From positions 38,794 to 70,793 of the forward strand of contig JACPWU010000050.1 in NCBI GenBank assembly GCA_016196885.1: a stretch of 32,000 nucleotides of DNA. Direction: 5' to 3'. Every line of letters begins with the position of its first letter. The first letter of the stretch is position 1. The translations under genes and the position numbers were made by a program. The notes under the pieces were generated by a model. The model did no database searches, had not been told where the DNA came from, and worked only from the letters and a program-made list of their open reading frames with translations. This document shows, one piece after another, positions 25,876-32,000 of this stretch. The DNA is from Chlamydiota bacterium (GTDB lineage Bacteria; Auribacterota; JACPWU01).

Positions 25876-26602
25876 CAAAAAGAAAGCGATCAGAAAAAAA
25901 ATAACTCCCCCAAGCCCTAACTCCCCAGGCCCCTCTTTGAAAAAAAGAGGGGGGACCCTCCCTTTCAGTTTAATCCCACAGGGACTAGAAAATCTTGAGG
26001 GGAGTTGGAGGGGTTATGAGAGTGATCTATTTTCTTTTGAAACTTCTAAAAAAAAATCATCCGGGCTAACCCTGATCGAACTTTTGCTCGTCATTTCTAT
26101 CATGGGCCTTCTTGTTTTTTTAGCGCTCCCAACGCTTTCAAAGTTTGGAAGTAACATACGACTCAAAAGTGCATCAGAACAGGTATCCAGTCTCTTTCGG
26201 ATGGCTCGGCTCTTGGCTACCACAAAAAATATCACGACTTCTGTTTTTATTTACACCCGAGAGGCGGAGCTTCCTAATCATATTTTCATTACAGGTGCAG
26301 GAGGACAATTGGAAAAGGTTTGGGTGGCTCCCTCTTTGATTGAAATTCCGGATGTTTCAGGCAACATCGGTCTTCAAACCGCCTCCTTCACTTCTTTCGG
26401 AACCACGAGCGCCATCTCGCTTCATCTTATTCAAAAGGGCACACTCATCAATGGAAATCCTTATGATGCGAGCGGGACATACGGAAGCTTGAGCAAAGCC
26501 GAACGGGTCAAATGTCAAACCGTCACCACAGACAATAACACCGGCCGGGCCAGAGTTTACGCTTATGGGAGGAATGCGCCATGGGCAAGTACGGATCTTT
26601 AA
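25856..26602 (+). CDS. GspH/FimT-like minor pseudopilin with an unusually long (~70 aa) leader
   Basis: SSG/LTLIELLLVISIMGLLVFLALP, then SASEQVSSLFRMARLLA. There is no ATG/GTG/TTG in frame between the repeat and the cleavage motif. ATG 25856 has GGAGG at -5. The track start at 25748 lies deep inside the upstream gene. Confidence 0.65.
   Translation: MTLLIGDKKKAIRKKITPPSPNSPGPSLKKRGGTLPFSLIPQGLENLEGSWRGYESDLFSFETSKKKSSGLTLIELLLVISIMGLLVFLALPTLSKFGSNIRLKSASEQVSSLFRMARLLATTKNITTSVFIYTREAELPNHIFITGAGGQLEKVWVAPSLIEIPDVSGNIGLQTASFTSFGTTSAISLHLIQKGTLINGNPYDASGTYGSLSKAERVKCQTVTTDNNTGRARVYAYGRNAPWASTDL
25902..26016. mobile_element. 115-nt variant of the TAAC...GTTA palindromic element inside the GspH-like leader
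   Basis: The left end TAACTCCCCCAAGCCC and right end GAGGGGAGTTGGAGGGGTTA match the 72-nt element. The interior differs and has a CCCCTCTT-TGAAAAAA-AGAGGGG hairpin. Confidence 0.6.
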
Positions 26603-27114
26603 AAGCAGGGTCATGGATCATGGGTCATGGGTTAACAAAAAAAGAAAGTTTCATGTTTCATGTTTCATGTTTCATGTTACTCACAACTCACGACTCACGA
26701 CTCACGACTAAAAAAGGCTTTACCCTTTTCGAAATCGTCATCGCCTTAGGAATCCTGGCCATTGGTATCTTAGGAATTCTGGCGCTTTTTCCTGTGGGGC
26801 TGGATGCTCAAAAAAGGGCGATGGATTATGGCAACATGGCCAATTTGGCAGAATGGAAAATGGCTGACATTTATTATCGAAGCCATCTCTCAGGATTTGA
26901 TAACAGTTTGACCGCGGCTCTAGATTATCCAACCAGTGGACCGGATCCTGCGCCTTTCACACAAAATTCAAAATATTTATGGCATTATTCGGTTTCTCAA
27001 CCTTTTGTGAGCACCCTTCCTGATTTTTACCGCGTGGATTTAGAAATTTATTCGGTCGAAGATACGTCAAACTCCATCGAAAAGGTGGTGAATTATTTTG
27101 AAAAACCAAACTAA
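26581..27114 (+). CDS. GspI/PilV-like minor pseudopilin
   Basis: KKG/FTLFEIVIALGILAIGILGILALFPVGL. ATG 26581 is preceded by GGGAGGA at 8 nt. Internal in-frame ATGs at 26653 and 26674 lie inside a heptamer array. Confidence 0.7.
   Translation: MGKYGSLKAGSWIMGHGLTKKESFMFHVSCFMLLTTHDSRLTTKKGFTLFEIVIALGILAIGILGILALFPVGLDAQKRAMDYGNMANLAEWKMADIYYRSHLSGFDNSLTAALDYPTSGPDPAPFTQNSKYLWHYSVSQPFVSTLPDFYRVDLEIYSVEDTSNSIEKVVNYFEKPN
26608..26710. repeat. Three consecutive heptamer arrays inside the GspI-like leader
   Basis: GGGTCAT GGATCAT GGGTCAT, then GTTTCAT x4 perfect (26649-26676), then GTTACTC ACAACTC ACGACTC ACGACTC ACGACTA in the same 7-nt register. Confidence 0.85.
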
Positions 27115-27913
27115 AATAACTGTCGTGCGTCGTGGGCCATCTATCATCCATCATCCATCATCTACTCATGGCTTTTCCATGATCGAACTTCTCGCCGCTA
27201 TGTCTGTTTTTATCATCATGGCTTTTGCCCTGTATGTCGTTTTCGATCGCGTTAATCTCGTGTGGAAACATGGAGAGTACAAGGCAGATCAATATCAGAA
27301 TGCCCGAAATGTTTTGGACATGATGGCTCGAGAATTAACTTCCGCTGTGATTGCTGTCGGAGGACCTAATGCCTTTTCAAACAATGTTTATGGCCCTGCC
27401 TATTTATGGAGTGTTGATGGCCAGGGAGGAAGTGATTACGACCAAGATCAAATCTTTTTCATTTTTGCCAGGGACAACGCACTTCGTGAAGTAGGTTACT
27501 ACATCAACGACCAAACCACAGGTGTGGGAAACACAACGGCCGCAGATGATGTTTTGATGCGGGCCTACACCAGTGATACAAACACCGATTTTGACATCAC
27601 CTCGACTGGCACTTCTTTTGGTTCTTACGACGACACAGGTTTTAAAATCACGGATCTCAACTTTAATTTTATTTATCAGAACGGTGGCAATTATACCCGC
27701 ACCGATGTCTGGGACAGTCGAATGGATTATACCAGCGCTTCAAGCACTTCTACGACCGTTGATGATGGAAAATTGCCTGATTTTATCGAGATTTCGATTC
27801 GCGTCGTAGACCAAGAAATTTTGGAAAAAGATGGGATCTCTCCGCCTCAAAAAGATCGCAAGGAATTTAAAATCATGGTCCCGATGAATCAGAGGAGTTT
27901 TAGAAATGAATAG
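27098..27913 (+). CDS. GspJ/PulJ-like minor pseudopilin
   Basis: HG/FSMIELLAAMSVFIIMAFALYVVF, then QYQNARNVLDMMARELTSA. TTG start at 27098 with AAGGTGG upstream. Overlaps the previous stop by 17 nt. Confidence 0.7.
   Translation: MKNQTKITVVRRGPSIIHHPSSTHGFSMIELLAAMSVFIIMAFALYVVFDRVNLVWKHGEYKADQYQNARNVLDMMARELTSAVIAVGGPNAFSNNVYGPAYLWSVDGQGGSDYDQDQIFFIFARDNALREVGYYINDQTTGVGNTTAADDVLMRAYTSDTNTDFDITSTGTSFGSYDDTGFKITDLNFNFIYQNGGNYTRTDVWDSRMDYTSASSTSTTVDDGKLPDFIEISIRVVDQEILEKDGISPPQKDRKEFKIMVPMNQRSFRNE
27120..27170. repeat. Heptamer array inside the GspJ-like leader
   Basis: CTGTCGT GCGTCGT GGGCCAT CTATCAT CCATCAT CCATCAT CTACTCA, translated as TVVRRGPSIIHHPSSTH. Confidence 0.7.
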
Positions 27914-30911
27914 AATCAATACTCAAAATGAATTAACTCCCCCAACCCCTCTTAACCTAAGAGGGGAGAACCTCTCCCCTTATTTAAGGGGAGTTGGAGG
28001 GGTTACATCTTTTCAAACAGGCGCCGCCCTCATCTTAGCTCTCGGCATCCTCGCTCTCATCACGGTGCTCGCCATTTCTTTCGCGACGCTCATGCGCTTT
28101 GAAGAAAAGAGTGCGCGGCAATCGCTTTATCTCATTGAAGCACGGCAAATGGCGGCCGCGGGACTCCAATACGCGATTGCCATTTTGGAAAAGGATTTAA
28201 CGGAGGATGAGGGCGGAACCACTTCCACCTCGTTAGGCGGTCCGTCGCTGTATGATTCCCTCGATGAAGAATGGGCAACGCTTTTTACGGGGAGTGACAC
28301 TGATTTAGATGGGGACGGCAACAACGATTCCAAATGGATTTACATTCATGAAGATGCTGACGGGACGGGGCCTGTGATTGGACGATATGCAGTTTTGATT
28401 CAAGACGAGGCAGGCAAAGTAAACTTGAATGTGGCTGGGAATGGCTCTCAAAACGAGGGATGGTCCCCTTATGAACTCGACATGTCGGCCCTCCCTGACA
28501 TTGGCTCCACAAAAGCCGATGCCATTCTGGATTATCGCAGGGGAACAGATATTGTGAATGGGGCAGATGCCTCTGAACTTCCTCTTGAGGGAGATGACAA
28601 TGACAATAACATTTCTTTAAGCGCAGATGGGATTGACAACAATGCCACTGCGGGGGCTGACGAAATCAACGAAGGGGCCAATGATCCAACCGAGTTTGAC
28701 CCTGAGATCCCTTATGAGGATGACCGCCCCTTTGCGTCATTGGAGGAACTTTCAAAAGTGAATGGCATTGGCTCGGATACCATTAACAACATCAGAGATG
28801 AGGCAACCGTCAATAGTCTTGACACAAATCAATATTGGAATGGCTCTTCCTGGCTCAGAAAAATCAATTTAAACCATCTTCTTTCTACATCCCAACTTTA
28901 CAGTCTGACTCTCACCACCACGAATGAAAAATATCGCCTTTCGGCGAACATGATAGACTACGCGGATCGAGATATTTATCCGACTTTCACCACGACGACG
29001 GTGAGTGCACCTGACGCAAGCAACTCCTACATGGGCGTGGAAGGCCTGCAAATCAATGAGATCATGAATAATCCTTCTTCCACCTCTATCGCCCGCACAG
29101 AGGCCCAAAGCACCTTGTCAGGTCAGGGGGCGTGGAATCAACAGAGCGGCTATGACGAGGGCAATAGCACAGATGATATAGGTCAATGGAGCTGGCCCTG
29201 GGACAATGGCCCTTATTGGATTTCGGTAGACGAAACCAATGGTTCCAATATCACGATTGATGGTCAGGCGATCAGCGATCCTTCCAGTTTCACACGCGTG
29301 ATTATTTCTGGAGAAGCGATTGATCTTTCCATCACCGATGCCCAAGAGTCCACTCCCCCCCAACAGTTGGCGACCTTCACACAGATCAACATTATGAGTG
29401 GAAAATATATCGAGATCATTAACATCAGCCAAAGAGCGATCACGATTGATTGCACGGGAAGCGATGCCTGGAAACTGGCCCTGGGAGGCACGGTCAATTT
29501 TCCGACGCTCAATCGAGATGGTTTACCAGGAACCGTAAGCGGAGCAACTTATTCTCTTTCTTTAGACGCGACAGGATCAACTGCGAGTGACATCACCCTC
29601 TCAGGTCTTCAATCCAGTACCAGCCCCCCAACCTATGATTATCTCATCATCGCAGACAGCGCTCACGCCCTGGATGAACTCTACGGCGGTGACGGAGACG
29701 GAGCCTGGAGTGGTTCTGGATCAGAACCGGGTCATGTGATTACGAATGGAGACTTGGCAAATGAATTAGCTTCTTCAGGAGTGGATTTGGCTCTGGTTAA
29801 TTCTAACGATGAAGTGATCGCTTATGTTCCCGCAAGTGCCACGAATTATCACATTGCGGCCTACGGAGGCCCCAGTACGGCTGGACAAAGTATGTCACGA
29901 GTTTCTGCGGTGGATGAAACAGGCAGTTGGAACAGTTGGACCTATTCTCCAGGTACCGACAATGACAACGCGAACAACGATATCACTTCTTCAGGTGCTC
30001 GCTATTGGTCCATCAAAGACCGCCCTTACTCAACCATCGGAGAATTGAGCGATGTCTTTCTTGGAACATCCCATAACGGAACCTACAATATCGAAAGCAG
30101 CAGTGCCAGCAGCTTCTTCGACAAAATCACCATCGCAGCCAAAAGATTAGAAGCTGAAGACGCCGACAGCATTCTCTGGTCGAGTTGGGAATCTGCGAGT
30201 GACAATGACGGCACCACCCGTTACATCGCAGGAAGCAACACAGCCAGCGCCACCTGGACTTGGACATTTGATATCACAGATAGCAGTGATATCACAAATC
30301 CCTTCAGGCTTCGCGAAAATACAGGCTTTGACGTTCTGGTTTATAGCCAATTCGCAAGGGATTTCCAATCTCCGAGTGGTGAAGACCGCTTTGTGAGGCC
30401 AAACCACAGCGTCGCCGTTGACTCCGAGACTGTCACCAGCAATCGCATCAGTATCCCCATCATAGGAAACGGAAGCGACACTCCCAAACTGGATTATATT
30501 GTCCTAACCCCAGAGCCCTATACTTATGGACGAATCAACATCAACACGGCTTCTCAAGATGCACTCATGAGTTTACCGGGGATCGCGTCTTCACTATCGA
30601 GCAACATTATTTCTTATCGCGAAACCGATCCCTTCAATCAAATTCAGGAAATCACGAGTGCTTCAAGTGTCGGAGAATCTACTTTCGAACCCATTTCCAA
30701 TCTCATCACGGTCCGAAGCGATGTGTATCGCATCATCATACGTTCCGAGCGCATCATGGACATTGACGGCGACGGGATTGAAAACGATCCCAGTGATTCA
30801 TCCGTTTCTACGGCCAGTCTTGACACCATCGTAGACCGCAATCCGACTCTGCGATTTCCGGGAACCTCCAACCGCTATCGGATTGAGTTTCAGAAATACA
30901 GATATGAATAG
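27906..30911 (+). CDS. Giant (1001 aa) GspK-like minor pseudopilin with large inserted modules
   Basis: GAGGAG lies 9 nt upstream of ATG 27906. It has an N-terminal hydrophobic segment GAALILALGILALITVLAISFA. GspK-like hallmarks are GRYAVLIQDEAGKVNLNVAG and the C-terminal GRININTASQDALMSLPGIASSLSSNIISYRE...VRSDVYRIIIRSE. About 550 aa of insert lies between them. Confidence 0.75.
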   Translation: MNRINTQNELTPPTPLNLRGENLSPYLRGVGGVTSFQTGAALILALGILALITVLAISFATLMRFEEKSARQSLYLIEARQMAAAGLQYAIAILEKDLTEDEGGTTSTSLGGPSLYDSLDEEWATLFTGSDTDLDGDGNNDSKWIYIHEDADGTGPVIGRYAVLIQDEAGKVNLNVAGNGSQNEGWSPYELDMSALPDIGSTKADAILDYRRGTDIVNGADASELPLEGDDNDNNISLSADGIDNNATAGADEINEGANDPTEFDPEIPYEDDRPFASLEELSKVNGIGSDTINNIRDEATVNSLDTNQYWNGSSWLRKINLNHLLSTSQLYSLTLTTTNEKYRLSANMIDYADRDIYPTFTTTTVSAPDASNSYMGVEGLQINEIMNNPSSTSIARTEAQSTLSGQGAWNQQSGYDEGNSTDDIGQWSWPWDNGPYWISVDETNGSNITIDGQAISDPSSFTRVIISGEAIDLSITDAQESTPPQQLATFTQINIMSGKYIEIINISQRAITIDCTGSDAWKLALGGTVNFPTLNRDGLPGTVSGATYSLSLDATGSTASDITLSGLQSSTSPPTYDYLIIADSAHALDELYGGDGDGAWSGSGSEPGHVITNGDLANELASSGVDLALVNSNDEVIAYVPASATNYHIAAYGGPSTAGQSMSRVSAVDETGSWNSWTYSPGTDNDNANNDITSSGARYWSIKDRPYSTIGELSDVFLGTSHNGTYNIESSSASSFFDKITIAAKRLEAEDADSILWSSWESASDNDGTTRYIAGSNTASATWTWTFDITDSSDITNPFRLRENTGFDVLVYSQFARDFQSPSGEDRFVRPNHSVAVDSETVTSNRISIPIIGNGSDTPKLDYIVLTPEPYTYGRININTASQDALMSLPGIASSLSSNIISYRETDPFNQIQEITSASSVGESTFEPISNLITVRSDVYRIIIRSERIMDIDGDGIENDPSDSSVSTASLDTIVDRNPTLRFPGTSNRYRIEFQKYRYE
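27934..28005. mobile_element. 72-nt palindromic element, copy 2, in frame in the GspK-like N-terminus
   Basis: TAACTCCCCCAACCCCTCTTAACCTAAGAGGGGAGAACCTCTCCCCTTATTTAAGGGGAGTTGGAGGGGTTA. It is translated as LTPPTPLNLRGENLSPYLRGVGGV, in the same phase as in murD. Confidence 0.8.
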
Positions 30912-30965
30912 ACAAGCGAGGGTTACTATGTTGTATACCCCCACCGGGTGCCTTACATTTTGAAC

Positions 30966-32000
30966 CTATATTTCCGCATCGGACAATATTTCATCTTTAC
31001 TCAATGCCTTTCGATAAATTCTCATCTCATCCAGGATTCCATAAAACGCATACGTGGTCGAAGTCCCCCCGTTGCCGAGATAAAGGGAAAGAGGGGTCAC
31101 ATCCAATTCTTTTGATTGCGACTTGCTCGCAGCAAGTGTGCCATTCATATATAAGCTCATCGTCCCCGTTTTGGAATCATACACACCCGCCACATGAGAC
31201 CAGACGTTTCCTTTCATAGAGGCGCTACAAGTAATCCATGAACCTCCCTTATGAGTGGTATCTGTAAAGAAGGACACATTGCCTTTATAAATATAGATCC
31301 CCCAAGTCCCTCCACTCCTTTGCAGGATATACTGTTGGTTCTTTGCAGCCATATTCGTAGGGTAAACCCAGGCTTCAACGGTCAGGGCGTCTTCAGCATC
31401 CAACGTTGCAGAATCAGGTACACAGACATAACCCGATCCGTTAAACGAAAGCCCATTTGCGCTGTATCCCGCTACCGATGTCACACCACTCAATTTTCCA
31501 TTATTCTCACAGTGAGATGGGTCCGTCGCTGTCCCGTCATCAAAATTGTAATGCAACACCTCATCAGGGATTCCTTTCTCCATATCACCTTGAATCATCT
31601 CTTGGCTCAAGGCCATATTGTAGATTCTAAGCTCGTCTATTCGGCCATTGTATGCATAGGTCGGACCAGTTCCGTAGGAACCGACATAAAGATTATCAAG
31701 GGTCGAGCCCAAATGGCCCTTCTGGATTTTAGAACTTTTCAAGGTGCCATCCACATAAAGAACCATGACCCCAGCATTTTTATCATAGGTACCTGCAACA
31801 TGGGTCCAGCGATTGGCTTGAATCGAACTTGATAAAACGAGACGGCTGCCCCCATCGTCTTTGGTATCCGTGTAGAAGTAGAGCTTGCTGCTGGCCATAT
31901 AAAATCCCCAGGTCTCGCTTGATTTCTGCATAAGATATTGACGGGTGCTTGAACTGACACTGGATGGATTAATCCATGCCTCCAGGGTGACTGCGCTTGT
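30966..32000 (-). CDS. Multi-LamG (Laminin_G_3 / concanavalin-A-like lectin) repeat protein; N-terminus beyond the right edge
   Basis: Two full ~175-aa repeats plus part of a third. Each has the pattern LHYNFDDG..., ALTVEAWVYP / AVTLEAWINP, W(S/T)HVAG(V/T)YD, LY(M/V)(N/D)GTL and D(E)(M/L)RIY(R/N)(K/M)ALS. I checked that the frame stays open from 31931 to 32000. Confidence 0.75.
   Translation of the reverse strand, partial: TSAVTLEAWINPSSVSSSTRQYLMQKSSETWGFYMASSKLYFYTDTKDDGGSRLVLSSSIQANRWTHVAGTYDKNAGVMVLYVDGTLKSSKIQKGHLGSTLDNLYVGSYGTGPTYAYNGRIDELRIYNMALSQEMIQGDMEKGIPDEVLHYNFDDGTATDPSHCENNGKLSGVTSVAGYSANGLSFNGSGYVCVPDSATLDAEDALTVEAWVYPTNMAAKNQQYILQRSGGTWGIYIYKGNVSFFTDTTHKGGSWITCSASMKGNVWSHVAGVYDSKTGTMSLYMNGTLAASKSQSKELDVTPLSLYLGNGGTSTTYAFYGILDEMRIYRKALSKDEILSDAEI

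Noticed and set aside
30912-30965. Bidirectional terminator between the convergent GspK-like and LamG genes
   Set aside because: I could not find a convincing GC-rich stem followed by a T-run in the 54-nt gap.

Overview
About 25 kb of this window is conserved housekeeping genes on the minus strand. In order these are: a complete mraZ-led dcw block (mraZ-rsmH-ftsL-ftsI-murE-murF-mraY-murD), a divergent RNase P RNA, a glycine-cleavage/lipoylation block (Zn-ribbon COG1579-like, gcvT-gcvH-gcvPA-gcvPB, lipoate-ligase-family gene, small membrane protein), tRNA-Val, a small lipoprotein, tRNA-Met(CAT), rpoD, dnaG, cvpA, a stand-alone AAA+ ATPase with a nuclease-like tail, rsmE and dnaJ. The only clearly accessory locus is a plus-strand operon at 25.1-30.9 kb. 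It encodes five type II secretion / type IV pilus-like pseudopilins in G-H-I-J-K order, and its last gene is a 1001-aa GspK-like protein. This operon is convergent with a multi-LamG-domain gene that runs off the right edge. I see no recognisable defence system, CRISPR array, transposase or prophage. Three things stand out. (1) A 72-nt palindromic element with TAAC...GTTA ends is inserted in frame, in the same phase and giving the same peptide, in both murD and the GspK-like gene, with a longer variant in the GspH-like leader. (2) Nearly every intergenic spacer is filled with hairpins whose arms are degenerate tandem heptanucleotide arrays, similar in style to cyanobacterial STRR repeats but in a genome that does not look cyanobacterial. 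(3) A ~330-nt composite structured repeat is present twice inside the dcw cluster, and one copy carries a nested 107-bp element with perfect 16-bp inverted ends (filled versus empty site). The lineage cannot be assigned without a database search. The gene content (split GcvP, PVC-style pseudopilin plus LamG genes) is compatible with an uncultured PVC/Omnitrophota/Elusimicrobiota-like organism. All structural and family assignments come from reading motifs by eye, and no searches were run.
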